From Eledone cirrhosa (taxonomy: Eukaryota), in assembly GCA_964016885.1 (NCBI GenBank), contig OZ024740.1, positions 320,726,001-320,790,000 of the forward strand: 64,000 bases of DNA, read 5' to 3'. The position numbers were made by a program, and so were the translations under genes. Under the pieces are notes generated by a model. That model saw only the letters and a program-made list of their open reading frames with translations. It was not told the origin of the DNA and made no database searches. This document shows positions 27,401 through 39,765 of this stretch, in pieces. The first letter of the stretch is position 1; each line of letters starts with the position of its first letter.

Positions 27401-30400
27401 AAGTAAACTGAGTCAGTAAATAATGAATACAAACCTAATTCTTTGAGTTGTTCAAAGAAATCTTCAGCAAGTTTCCCAAAAGAGTAAGCATCCAACACAT
27501 ACATTGCTTTTGAACTAATACACAGATTATCAGCCTGTAAGGGACAAAGACCAAAAAAATTTGAGTTATTTATTTTTGTTTAATTCATGAGACTAATAGA
27601 TATTTAAAAAAAGAAGAAGTAAATTAATCTTGTAAAGGAAGAAATGAAATTAAATCACCTTTTCCTCTGGCGAGACTGCACTTTCACTCCGAAGTGCTCG
27701 ACAATTCTCCAGAAACTTAGGTGTCAAATGTTCAAAGCGGCACGCATGTTCAAATCCACCCAACTTCCAGGTGCCATCCTTTGTCACAAAAATTGAAGAC
27801 TGGCAAATATTGTTATGTGAAATTTCAACCTTAAAAAATAAATAATATATATTTATATACTTCGTTTTTGTATTTGTTTTACAAGATTTCTAATCTGAAA
27901 ACGTCTGTTAAAACAGATATTGTTATACTTTGAGAGAATCATGCTGGCAATAAAAAGCACATGCACCTGTTGATTTTCACTTCAATTTATTACAAATTTC
28001 CAGTTGGTTGGTTTAATAACTGCATGGCTGTTTATTTATTGTCAAAGCTCTTTTGTCACACATTCTGTGACCCCCCGCCCTAGTGACTAATCTATTTTGT
28101 CTCTCTCCTACACCATCTCATTTTTGTATGTTGTGTGCTGTGTATTTGGGTCGTGCATGTGTGTGTTTTTATTTATTTATACATTTATTTACTTGTTGGT
28201 TGCTTGTTCTATCTGTGTTTCTGGTTTGTTTTATTAGTTTGGTTTTTGTGTCTCTGTATGACTTTATCTTGTCCTTAATTAGTTTGGTTCTTGTACGTCT
28301 CTGTATGTCTTTATCTTGTCCTTAATTAGTTTGGTTCTTGTATGTCTCTGTATGTCTTTATCTTGTCCTTAATTACTAATTGTGATGCTGCTGCTATTCC
28401 AATCATGTTTTTCATTTAATTTTGGTTGGAGTTCGTTTATGTTTGTTGCTTCTGTTATCTGTCAAAGCATTGCGTCTTTTCTGTGTGTGGATATCATTCT
28501 TATTTCTATGTTTTCTAGTGTGCCACCATGTTCCATTTTGGCATATTGGTGGAGTACTAATGAGTTCTTGCCAGTATTCATTTATCCTTTCTCTCATGCT
28601 ACCTATGTAAATTGTGTTCTTATTCCTACACTGTCCCTCAGTACATCTTATGCTATATACTATGCTCCTAATTTTACAGTTAATTTGTGGGCTTAATTTG
28701 CAGGTTTATGCATTTCCTATCAGTGCAAATCCTCCATTCACATTATGCCAAACCCATGACCTCCAAGTACCTGATCCATTGAAACTTAGCTGTTTCGGAT
28801 AACATGAAAGCTAACATACTAATTGCAGGTTTAATAAGAGTGATAAGGAATAAATAAAATTTCACCGGAGATAGATTAGCACAATTTAATAAGTGAGAGG
28901 GGGGTCTAAAAAATAAGTAATGGGGGGGGGGGGTATTTGAGACCCTGGAGTAGGTGGAAACTGAACTGAAAATGCTAAGAGTCAGTATAGATACTGCAAA
29001 GCATCTGACCTGATGCTCTAACAATTTCACCAATTCACCAATTCACCACCCTGGGAAAGTAATTTATTTATCCAGCCCCAAATGAATGAAAATCGACAAT
29101 GACCTTGGTGGGATCTGAAATCAGGACACACAGACAGGCTGAACAAATACTAAAATCAACAACACAAAAATAGAAACCACCAGTACAATGAAAAAAAAAA
29201 ACAAATAAATGATTTCTAAAATTAAAAACAAAAACTAAGACTAAAGGTACTTACTGTTTCATGAAGGAAAACCAAAGCATCAATAATGTTATAAAAGCCG
29301 GAACATATTTCAACAGGGGACAAATCTTTGATCACCATTTCTAGCGGTTTCACAAACTCAGTAACTAAGTAGGAGCCATCAGTTGGCTGACCTGATACGA
29401 CATATTGGATGATTGCTGGATGGCGTAGTACTTTCAGTTGCTATGGAATAGAGAAAGATACATATATGCATACATGTGTGTGTGTGTGTGTGTGTATATA
29501 TATTTAAAAACAACAGAAGGCTGAATACCACATCTACAATGGATGATTTGCATAACATCATGGTTTGCTAACTGGACTGACCAGATCTACCCTCTGGTAA
29601 ACCACACTATATATATAAGTCAATTTTAGGTTTAAAATTGCTGGCTCACATATTCACTTCCCTATCTACAGTCCATATATATTACATACAAACACATATC
29701 ACCCCCCCCACGCCCCCACTCGCCATTTTTATTTGGTCCAATCATAATTCAGCAGTTTATAATATGTTTCTCCTACCAATCTCTTTCACAAATCCACCAC
29801 CTCAGCTATCACTTCTTAAGGCTAGACCTGGTTGCTTTTCGATATGCTAGATGGACTGTGGAATTCTGGAGAGTCTGAAAAATCTGGACACTCAATGACA
29901 ATGCCAAAGATAAAGATAAATTCACCTCATGTTGCCGGACGAGAATGCAAGGACTGCTCTTTATTTCAGCTGCGGATGGCTAACATAACCCCATCTCCCT
30001 CACCCCTCTCTGCGCCTCATCCTTCCCACCCACAAAACGCAATCCAAAACTTCAGAGTTGGTACCATGAATGTAGGCACCTTAAAAGGGTCGCTCTAATG
30101 ATGTTTGTTGTGTTCAAGAGACTAGGTGGAGAGGTGGGTCTGCCAGATTTATCGTGGGTAAAAAACGATGCTATAAACTTTTCTGGGTGGGAAATGACAA
30201 CGGACTGGGTGGTGTAGGAATTATGTTAGCTGAAAAATGGGTAGATAAGGCAATTGACGTAAATAGCGTGAATGACAGAATAATTAAAATAAGACTAGTT
30301 CTAAATAGAACTACTGTGACAATAATATCCGCTTATGGACCCCAATCTGGTCTACCTGACGTTATAAAGGACAGGTTCTACTTCCCAAATAAAGGACAGG

Positions 30401-33400
30401 TTCAACCTCCCAAATAACCGACAGCGACTACTTAATTATTGCTGGCGACTTAAACGGACACGTTGGACAACATAGTGATGGCTATGATGGAATCCATGGA
30501 GGCTATGGGTTTGGAAATAGAAATGAGGAAGGCTTCAGAATGCTGGAATTCTGTGATGCTAATAACCTAACTATCTGTAACACAAACTTCAAAAAAACAA
30601 GAAAACCACTTGATCACCTATAGATCAGGGGAACACGCCAGCCAGATAGATTATATCCTTACTAGAAGACGTGACAAAGTGTCTGTTGTAAACACTAAAT
30701 GCCTCCCCCGTGAAGAATGCACCTCCCAACATAGCCTAGTAGTTAGTGACCTCATAGTCAGGAATTAGACGTACTCGACGACAGAGGAGGACTACCTTGA
30801 GGAGAAGAATATGGAAGTTGAAGGACCCCATAGCCAGTGACAAATTTGAAAGCTTATTACTTGATGCCTTTGACAATAAGGAAGAGCAATTAGAGATGTG
30901 CAATATAGAGGAACAGTGGGAATTCTTCAAAGTGAACCTGCTGAAAGGGACGGATGAAATCTGTGGCTGGAGCAGACCTATTGGCAGGAGGAGAGTAACT
31001 TGGTGGTGGAGAGTAAGGTGGAGAAGACAATCAAGGCCAAAAAGCAGGCTTGGAAAGTATGGCAGGATGGGGGAAGTAGAGAACATTATCAAGTGGCCAG
31101 GAGAGAAGCTAGGAGACAAGTGTACCTTGCAAAAAAGGAAGTAGAGGATAGAAAGTTCAAGCATGTTCTACAACGTGGTGTTCAGGATTGCTAGACAATG
31201 TGTCAAGGAAAACCGTGATATTGCCGGGGAGAAGTGTGTCTGTAATGATAATGGTGTACTTGCCCTCACTGATACTGCTAAGAAGATAGCTTGGAAGTGT
31301 CAGTACGAGAGACTATCAAATGAGGAGAATAAATGGGAAAAAGATAGTCTGCCCTAAATCGATCCAATAGAGGGACCAGCGGTGCAAGTTAAAGGTAGTA
31401 TAATAAGTAAGGCAATCAAAGATATGAAGACAGGCAAGACAGCTGGGCCTTCGGAGATAGTTGCTGAGATGTTGAAGGCATCTGGAATGGTGGGACATAC
31501 TATGGTCACCCGTATAGTAAACCAAGTAATACAGAATGGGGTCATACTAAAAGACTGCCGTAGCAGCATCATCATTAACTGCTACAAGAGTAAAGGGCAT
31601 GCTCTAGATAGGGGAAACTATAGAAGCATTAAGTTAGTTGACCAGGTCATGAAGGTCACAGAGAGCGAATTGATCTAGATGAAATGCAGTTCGGGTTTGT
31701 ATCAGGTAAGAGTACCACAGACGCTCTTTTCATTGTACGACAACTACAGGAGAAGTACCTAGCTAAAAGTAAACCCCTATACTTAGCTTTTGTAGACCTG
31801 CAGAAAGCCTTTGACAGAGTCCCCCGCTCCATTATCTGGTGGGCTCTTAGAAAACTAGGTGTAGATGAATTGTGAGAGCTATACAAGCCATGTATAAAGA
31901 AACAGTCAGCAAGATTAGAATTAACAATGAATATAGTGAAGAATTTAGCGTAAAAGTTCATCAGGGCTCTGTCCTTAGCCCCCTCCTATTTATTATTGCT
32001 CTTCAGGCCATAACAGAGGAGTTCAAGACCGGCTGCCCATGGGAACTCCTATACGCAGATGATCTAACTCTCATAGCTGAATCTATGGCTGAACTAGAGA
32101 AGAAATTCCAAACATGGAAGCATGGCCTAGAATCAAAAGGCCTTAAAGTTAACTTGTCTAAGACTAAAGTTCTAGTTTGTAGAAAGAAAAATAGGGCACA
32201 GGTGCCCTCAGGGAAATGGCCATGCTCAGTGTGCAGGAAAGGAGTAGGCAGAAATTCCATTTTATGTCCCAAATGCAAACTATGGGTACATAAAAGATTT
32301 AGTGGGATCACAGGTAAACTATCTAAGAACGTAGATTTTATATGTGGCCGATGCTCAAGTGCAATAAGTAGCTAGTGACCACAGGATACTAACTCCTTCT
32401 ATTGCCCAGATGGTTCTATAGAAATAGTGGACACTTTCCATTACCTGGGTGACAAAATCAGCAGTGGTGGAGGGTGCTCTGAAAGTACAGTAGCCAGAGT
32501 CAGAACGTGATGGAAAAAGTTCAGAGAGCTTATACCGCTGTTGGCCACAAAAGGTTTCTCTCTAAAAATAAAAGGCAGATTGTATGATGCCTGTATACGA
32601 ACAGCAATGCTACATGGCAGTGAGACATGGGCATTGCGTGCAGAGGACCTGCGCAGACTGGAAAGGAACGAAGCATGCATGCTCCGTTGGATGTGTAATA
32701 GTAATATACGTGAACAGCAAAGCATAAATGAACTAAGTGAGAAACTAGGAATAAGAGGGATCAGATGTTGTTCACTTGAGAGAAGACTACGTTGGTATAG
32801 TCACGTGATGTGCATGAAAGATGACAGCTGTATAAAAAGGTGCAGGGCGATCAAAATTGATGGAAGTTACAGAAAAACCTGGGACGATTTGATAAATTCC
32901 GATCTTATACACTTACACCTCTCATAGACAATGTCACTGGACCGAGAGCTTTGGCACTACGCAGTAATACAGAAGACCCACCTTGCCTAAGTACAAAGCG
33001 AAACTTACAGTCAGTAGGCTCCGCTTAATCAAATATACCCCCCCCCACTACCTGAACTCCCCCGCCCCCACCCCCATCAACATAACCCTCTCTCTGTAAA
33101 GTTGGTACCACAACATTCAGTCCAAATAAAGAGAAAATGTGATCGAGTGTCACAACAAAAACACACACTGTCCACGCTGTAATGTAGCCGTGTAGGTAAC
33201 ACGGTAAAAAGTTCCCAGTTCCACACTGTAAATGAGGTAGGTGTTAGGAAGGGCATCCATCCGTAGAAAACTTGCCAGATAGTCCTATATGAGAGAGACA
33301 CGGTCACCCGACCAACTTTGCCTCAAGTGGGACAACTCCCGTCTAACCCATGCTAGCGTGGAAGATGGACGTTAAACGAAGATGATGAGATGATGATGAT

Positions 33401-36400
33401 ATATATATCTATATATAAAGATGTAGTGGGATCACAGGTAAGCTAACTAAGAACATAGATTTTATATGTGGCCGGTGCTCAGGTGCAATAAGTAGTAGCA
33501 AGTGCCAACAGGATACTATCTCCTTCCATTGCCCAGATGGTTCTATAGAAATAGTGGACACCTTGCGTTACCTGGGTGACAAAATCAGCAGTGGTGGAGG
33601 GTGCTCTGAAAGTACAGTAGCCAGAGTCAGAACGAGATGGAAAAAGTTCAGAGAGCTTATACCACCATTGGCCGCTAAAGGTTTCTGTCTAAAAATGAAA
33701 GGCAGATTGTATGATGCCTGCATACGAACCGCAATGTTACATGGCAGTGAGACATGGGCATTGTGTGCAGAGGATCTGCGCAGACTGGAAAGGAACGAAG
33801 CTTGCATGCTCCGTTGGATGTGTAATAGTAATATACATGAACGGCAAAGCATAGATGAACTAAGTGAGAAATTAGGAATAAGAGGGATCAGATGCTGTTT
33901 ATTCGAGAGAAGACTACGTTGGTATGGTCACGTGATGCGCATGAAAGACGACAGCTGTATAAAAAAGTGCAGGGTGATCAAAATTGATGGAAGCTACGGA
34001 GTAGGCAGACCCAGAAAAACCTCGAACGATTTGATAAATTCTGACCTTACACACTTACACCTCTCTAAGACAATGTCACTGGACCGAGAGCTTTGGCACT
34101 ACGCAGTAATACAGAAGACCCGCCTTGCCTAAGTACACAGCGAAACCTAGAGTCAGTAGGCACCTCTTAACCAAAAATACACCCATCCCACTACCCCTAC
34201 CCTCACCCCATCTACACCACCCCTTTCTCTGTAAAGTTATGTTGGTATCACAACATCCAGTCCTAAATAAATGAGATCGTGTAGGTGTCAGGACAAAAAA
34301 AACACACAGTCCACGCTGTAATGTGGCCGTGTAGGTAACACGGCAAAAACCTCCCAGTCCACACTGTAAACAAGGTTGGTGTGAGGAAGGGCATCCAACC
34401 GTAGAAAACCTGCCAGACAGTCCTATACGAGCAAGACAACCAACCTTGCCTCTAGTGGGATAATTCCCATCTAAACCCATGCTAGCGTGGAAGATAGACG
34501 TTAAACGACGATGATGATGATGATATCTAAAACAGAGAATGTCTGTCTGTCCCCCTAAAACTCGAGAACCACCCAACCGATTTTTTTCAAACTTTACACA
34601 TGTAATACTTATCGTCGTGTGAGTGTTATGAGCAAAAAATATTTCAAATTTTCAATGCCCTAGGGACCGCATTAGGCTAAAAATCCGATATTTTAGGCTT
34701 TAAAGGCTTTTTGGAGGCATAACGGAGCAATAATCCAGGCGATTTCTTCAAAATTTACATTACTTATGTCGTTTAAAGTGTTTTGAGCAAAATAGATTTT
34801 CTCATTTTTTGCCCCAGGGACCGCATTAGGTGAAAAACCGATTTTTTGAAACATTTTGGTTGCGTTAGGGCCTGTAACTCGAGAAGTACAAAACTGATTT
34901 TTTAAAACTTTGCATATGCATTACTTATGTTTCACAAATTTTCTTGACCGAAAAAGATTTCAAATTTTTGACCGGGGACCGCATTGTTTAGCATTTTAGT
35001 TGCGTTAGGGCCTATAACCTTAAACGTATCCAACTAAATTCCTTCATGCTCTCCACCACTGCAGTCCCACATGCTTACTGCTCTGTAACTATTGCTTGCA
35101 TTGTACCATAGCACAACAAATACATGTTCGGTTTGTCGAATGCCTTTTTACTTAACCCTATCGTCTTGGCTTTCGTGGGTTGAAAATTTTACTCTCAGGC
35201 ACCCAATTAAGTTAAACTCCTGGTAATCTACAACAAATTTTTTTTATAAGCACAAAATGTAGACACCATCCCCAGGCTGAGGTATTCCGTACTTCTCTGT
35301 ACTGTTTCAGAAAGGAGGGATAAACATGCCAATCTATGTTTAGAATCCTGAGCAACGCCAGGCCATTCTGCTAGGATATATATATAAAGTTGTAGTTCCT
35401 GTCTGTTTGTTTGTTTGTTCACGAACTCCTCTTATGGTTTTGGTGATAGAACCCCATAACCATATATATTCTGAAACTACATTGCCCAGAGTACTTGGAT
35501 AAGAATATCTCATTTTAATCAAAGGGTTCCCCGGGGGCACAAACCCCCGCTGAAAACCCCCACGAAACTTTTTTCCCTTCGATTTATATGAAATTTAAAC
35601 CATAGGTAAATGACAATATATGATGCCTATTCACAAAATTTCAATAATATTAAGACACCCTAATAGGGGTTAAACCCCTTATAGTGAACATTTTGGAAGC
35701 CCATAACTTGAGTATTGAAACTTTGAATTTCTAATTTGAAAATAATACTTTACACAAAAATGAAATGATCAAGTTTTGAATTGATATTTTGAAAAAAATT
35801 ATTTGCAAGAAGCAAAATAAGAATTAATAATGTAATTTTGATTTGATATATTACAAAAAATGTTTTCCAATTTTTCATGCATTACATTTTACATTGAGTA
35901 ATATTGAAATGCAGAGTTTTTCTCCATAAATTATATCATTGATTTAAAATCAATCATCATTTTCTTACAAAAAAAATGTGGAACATGGAAAGGCACGGGT
36001 AATTTGGTTAGTTTATATATTTATATATAAACACACACAAATATTGTAAATATATTAATCATTACATTCAACTGATACCCATTTATCTGATCTAGAGTTG
36101 TACCAATTAATTGGCAGATAATCGATATTGGCTAGTTCACCAATAGTTTTGATAATCGGTGATTATTGTTTTGGAGCAAGAAAACCACGGGTGTTGGGGA
36201 AAATCTAAAAACACATTACTGTTTTGGACACACAGTATAACTATTTCTAATGATCAATGTGCTGATCTGCACAATTGGAAATTACTTGGGACTGCTGTAT
36301 GGCCGTAACACCCTGTAGGTTAAAAGGACTTCTTCGTTGTCCACTTATTCATGAGAGGGTTGTGGGGTCAGTGTCCTCAAATACTCCTTCCAGCTGGTCC

Positions 36401-39400
36401 TGTCAGGAGCAACCATATCCAATTGATCCAACTGGATCCCCAAGCAAGACCAGCCAAGCTCATGGATGTTATCCAACCATCTACCTCTGGGTCTCCTTCA
36501 GGTTGATTTTGCCTATAAAATCTGTCCAGCAATTCTTTCCTGAGACATTCTAACCACATGCCTGTAACATCAGAGTTTTGATTCTTCAAATCGGAGAAGT
36601 AACAGCTCTACCTGGAGTGACTTTCTGATCTCTGAGCTATGCACTCTACCAAGTAACGTTACTCCAAAGACCCTTCAGAGGAACCCCATTTCGGCTGCTT
36701 GTATTAAGTTCTTTACCTTACATATATACATATTTTTTCTGGAATAAGACAGTAGGATGTGGTTTAAGGGAGATTTAACTTCCATATTTAGTTGGTCAAG
36801 TGATCACACAGAGGATCTTTCCTGTGATTCTAGTAGCAAGGTGTGCAGTACAGAATGTCTGGAATGTTATAATAACCTTAATGATGCATACGGATGTGTT
36901 AATGTGGATTGTTTAGGATGTAAAATAAGAGTTTAATTGTGATGCTAATTTTTCACATGTGTTATTTGTATGAAATGGATTACAGCTTTGCTGCATGGTT
37001 GTATTTAGGAGGGTTCCAGCTTAGCAGGCCACACTTTGGTGGGCATTCTAATTCACAATAATTGGAGTTTCAGAACACATTACTGTAAATTTTCTAAATC
37101 TGAGGGTACACCCTTGAAAAGTGGAGGGGGGGGGGACGTCCAATGCACACACACACACCCTTCGACGACAGACCTGTAGTTAGCGTTATGTAATCCAATG
37201 GTGAATTTGGTGGTAGTGATAAGAGTGGTATGTATATGGTTTCTTAATGTATTTCATGTTGTTTTTATTTGAAATGTGCATTACTTGTAGGCTCATGGGG
37301 CAGCCAGCACATGAGACCTCATTTGCTCATAATACAGAGAGATGGGGAGGGCGAGAATGATGGAGGCGATGACAGTGAGAGTTGACCCTTCCGTGTTTGG
37401 ACCTGGTGTGCAGCATCAGTTGTCCGTAGGGAGATAGTGGTTTGTATTTAGCGAAGGGTTTTAGAACCTTGTGTTTGCGATTCTTGTATGTGTTATGTAG
37501 ATGCAGTTGGTGTTTATCACCTATCGATGTTTAAATGTTATTTGGTATATCTATGAGGTAGATTTTGTGTCTTCATAGTGGTGGTGGTGATATAAGGGAG
37601 ATGGGCTTAATTAAGAGAAGCAACAATGCCTATTATCTCTACATGTTTTGCTAGACTGATGTAATCAGTTTGTCAGTCTGTAAAGTTGACAGGTATACAG
37701 ACCTGCCAACCTCTAAAAATTGAAATGAGGAGTACTATGAAAAACAGTGCCCCCAACACGGAGAGGAATGAGGCAAAATGGGGAGAATTTACATAATGAA
37801 CTATATCCATGGTCACAAGAGAAGACATCTCTCACCAGAGAAGAGATCTCCCCGTCCGACGAGGAGAGTTAACAGGTCTGGGTTTATGAAAAATGTGAGC
37901 AGAGAGGGAATTTTAGAGAGTTGAAGCCCTGGAGTGGAAGTATTAGACAAAGTGGTTTGTTTAGCTAGAAGCCTCGTAGGTGAGATACAGCAGGAGTGAT
38001 TAGAAGAGAGATGAATATGTTTGCATGTTGACCAAAACTAGAGAGGGTGCGGTACATCTTTTCTTAACATACACACTGATTGTGTTTTTCTACTTTTGAA
38101 AGAAATTAGATTGCCACGTCTACATTGTAGCATGTTTTTGTTCATGGAGTGCATGTTTAGCATGAAGTGTCTATCTGCATGTGGATTATTCTACTGAGTG
38201 GAAGGGAAGTGAAAAATGGTATCATCTACGGAGAAATAAGCATTATTAGAGTTGACTACAAACAAGCAAATGAGCATATTATGAGATAGCTAAACCTGGG
38301 TGTACATTAGAGTTGATAGAGTGTGGGAAAGAGAAAGTTCATTCAGTACACGTGAAACAGTGCAATCGAACAGAAAGTTCCTAATTCAGGAGGTAAGTAA
38401 CGAATGAAGCCAATAAACAGGCAGCTTAGCGTAAGGGATTCCTATACCAAACGTGGACAAATGACATTGATTTCACCAGATGTTTAAAAAAGAAAGAAAT
38501 CATTGGTGACATAGAAGAGCAACTCCTGGTACATCTGGCTCCAGGGAATCTGTAACTCGTTACTGAGAAGGGAAAGAGACTTAATGTGGTAATTACTGTT
38601 TTAATCACTTCAAAATTGTTTAAATAAACTCTATCGCCGAAGGCATTCCAGTAATTACCACCCCAACTTTAGAAAGACCTTATCCAATGACTTTTTTGTT
38701 TAAGACCATGGAATTTGATTTGAAAGATTTGACTGCTAATTCTAGCAGGTCGAGTTATCACGTAGGGGCTACTCCTATAGAAATCACAATAGGCGATTCC
38801 CTCCGTTGGAGAATTTTAGATAGGAATGCGTTCAACAAGCCGGGCACTAATGCATGAAAAAGAAATGAAACACCTGTTCGGGGTGTGGAAGTTGATATCA
38901 TCCAGAACGAAGAGTATTCAACAAAACTTTTCAGAATGCATACGTAGGTAGATGTGATGCATACACACATTTTTAATGGTTTTACAATGTTTTACAAACG
39001 TTAATTAAACAAACATAATATATATCAGCTAAGATTTCAGTTAAACATATACATTATGCTTAGCTGTTCTAACAGTATTTATTCAATAATAGATATATAA
39101 ATATAGGTTCAGTAATAACTCTTCACAATTTCCTTTTAAAAACACGTGAGCCCTCTCTTCACCACCAAAAGATATCATTAATCTAGATAAAAACTATTTA
39201 TAAGAAGAATTGTGTTTCGATTTAGAGAAGTTAGAGACTTTTAGTGGACAAAAAAATATTAAATTTCGACGATATTTTTTTACATGTACATTAACAAAAT
39301 ATCGATCTTAAATTGAATGTTTGCAAAACAATATAAATATACAAGGACCGAGATACAGGAATAAAATGTACACATACTTTAGCGTTGAGGGCAATTATAT

Positions 39401-39563
39401 CCACTTCTCTTCTGTGGTCCTTCTTTTTTTGAGTAAAGAGGGACAAATGTGGTAAATTGGGATTTTTCTGAACAGCTTCTTGGATAACCCAATCAACATC
39501 GGCTTTGAGAGGAAGCTTAGCTCGGATCTCACAATTTTCCAGAATGCTAGTTTCGGCACCCAT
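12037..39563 (-). CDS. SCYL3: SCY1-like pseudokinase 3 (PACE1), 13 coding exons, 769 aa
   Basis: 13 GT-AG exons total 2310 nt in frame. N-terminal MGAETS (myristoylation-type Gly2); pseudokinase LKVLRHP, LVTE, HNNIC (in place of HRD), WKLGGFE (in place of DFG); HEAT region [13 protein letters not shown]; acidic tail DYFADMQP and GWGDDLNW as in SCYL3. Confidence 0.93.
12428..12471. repeat. (CA)n microsatellite
   Basis: Direct reading. Confidence 0.95.
14265..14971 (-). CDS. SCYL3: SCYL3 coding exon 12
   Basis: ORF 14196..14942; DDWLDWD, LGEEFDI, DYFADMQPVI motifs; donor gtaagt. Confidence 0.9.
15060..15485 (+). mobile_element. Degenerate 3' fragment of a different RTE-like LINE
   Basis: Translates to RLNTFHQRCL...KVTW.DWVRNADILQRAG, typical of the RTE C-terminus. 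Confidence 0.6.
16129..16250 (-). CDS. SCYL3: SCYL3 coding exon 11
   Basis: cttacag|C...AAAG|gtgagt; phases 2 and 1 fit the neighbouring exons. Confidence 0.75.
16715..17640 (-). mobile_element. CR1-type LINE fragment (ORF1 end plus endonuclease), same family as 59.5-63.8 kb
   Basis: GYNLFRKD...GGGVMVY, GVVYRPP, IAGDFNHPEIDW; collinear with 60650-61540. Confidence 0.9.
18754..18845 (-). CDS. SCYL3: SCYL3 coding exon 10
   Basis: Strong acceptor and donor; phases 0 and 2 fit the neighbouring exons; poorly conserved linker. Confidence 0.75.
19421..19561 (-). CDS. SCYL3: SCYL3 coding exon 9
   Basis: [35 protein letters not shown]. Confidence 0.92.
20108..20319 (-). CDS. SCYL3: SCYL3 coding exon 8
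   Basis: ...LFKKYVIPELVNIFKVREVHVRLILLKYF...VIFPQ. Confidence 0.92.
21318..21457 (-). CDS. SCYL3: SCYL3 coding exon 7
   Basis: HVVSILQEYSEDLVGSQLVHLLLSRFVVLN...FLLPSLLIP. Confidence 0.9.
21540..21985 (+). mobile_element. Old RTE 3' fragment with (GAT)n tail (related pieces at 13735-14050 and 48000-48420, - strand)
   Basis: LERNEA...WMCNVN similarity to 32600-32900. Confidence 0.7.
23986..24063 (-). CDS. SCYL3: SCYL3 coding exon 6
   Basis: NHFLKVKLFLKNITLKTSKEKTDFF. Confidence 0.9.
25445..25556 (-). CDS. SCYL3: SCYL3 coding exon 5
   Basis: ...YLSRDPKQRPPLKSLLNDRLF; donor gtgagt. Confidence 0.88.
26870..27165 (+). mobile_element. RTE-like 3' fragment with (GAA)n tail; inverted copy at about 36370-36700
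   Basis: RMSQERVAGQILLAKPTGKRSRGRP...KWID; homologous to 36380-36620 on the opposite strand. Confidence 0.6.
27435..27534 (-). CDS. SCYL3: SCYL3 coding exon 4
   Basis: ADNL...LDAYSFGKLAEDF. Confidence 0.9.
27659..27829 (-). CDS. SCYL3: SCYL3 coding exon 3
   Basis: VEISHNNICQSSIFVTKDGTWKLGGFEH...SPEEK. Confidence 0.93.
28233..28372. repeat. Three copies of a 45-47 bp tandem repeat
   Basis: Unit attagtttggttcttgtatgtctctgtatgtctttatcttgtcctta at 28233, 28278, 28325. Confidence 0.9.
28380..28810 (-). mobile_element. Penelope-like element relic, GIY-YIG endonuclease
   Basis: Minus strand reads NCKIRSIVYSIRCTEGQCRNKNTIYIG...ERINE.. then, frameshifted, ..QITEATNINELQPKLNEKHDW. Confidence 0.75.
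29255..29440 (-). CDS. SCYL3: SCYL3 coding exon 2
   Basis: QLKVLRHPAII...YLVTEFVKPLE...ALVFLHET|gtaagt. Confidence 0.92.
29840..33400 (+). mobile_element. Near full-length, decayed RTE LINE (APE, RT, PHD-like finger) in SCYL3 coding intron 1
   Basis: APE motifs; RT MQFGF, AFVDLQKAFDRV, HQGSVLSPLLF, LLYADD; 3'UTR ending in (GAT)n; many stops and frameshifts. Confidence 0.93.
33417..34524 (+). mobile_element. 5'-truncated RTE copy directly in tandem with the previous one
   Basis: ORF 33554..34132 collinear with 32430-32990; (GAT)n tail. Confidence 0.92.
34526..35374 (+). mobile_element. Non-autonomous Helitron-like element with three internal repeats of about 155 bp
   Basis: 5' A|TC; (TGTC)n near the 5' end; 3' hairpin cctgagcaacgccagg followed by CTAG; gggaccgcatt recurs at about 34663, 34817, 34976. 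Confidence 0.65.
35376..36011 (+). mobile_element. Second non-autonomous Helitron-like element in tandem
   Basis: (TA)n/(TGTT)n 5' region; degenerate 3' end ggcacgggtaatttggttag|t. Confidence 0.5.
39378..39563 (-). CDS. SCYL3: SCYL3 coding exon 1
   Basis: ATG GGT GCC GAA; ends ...IIALNAK|gtatgt. Confidence 0.85.
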
Positions 39564-39751
39564 TTTTTTTTTATCACTCCACTATCAGCTCCGAAATAAT
39601 ATCAAAACGTGTCATCTTAAAAATGACATAATATAAAAGAGGGAATAAAGATTTCCTAAACTATAACAAACTTAATGATAATTGAACGAAATGAAACTAG
39701 TGTGGCTGTGGCACATTAAAATAAACTGCTAAGGGAGATAACTATAAAAAC

Positions 39752-39765
39752 TGGAACCGGAAATA
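39752..39765. promoter_or_regulatory. Candidate ETS-type motif about 190 bp upstream of the SCYL3 ATG
   Basis: ACCGGAAAT within a non-repetitive stretch with some CpGs; position fits a housekeeping promoter (inference). Confidence 0.3.

Noticed and set aside
34560-35030. CRISPR-like repeat array
   Set aside because: Eukaryotic context; whole units of about 155 bp are similar, with no unique spacers, and lie inside a Helitron-like element.
37100-38600. Coding potential in SCYL3 intron 1
   Set aside because: Only faint, broken similarity to LINE or Penelope proteins; too degenerate to call.
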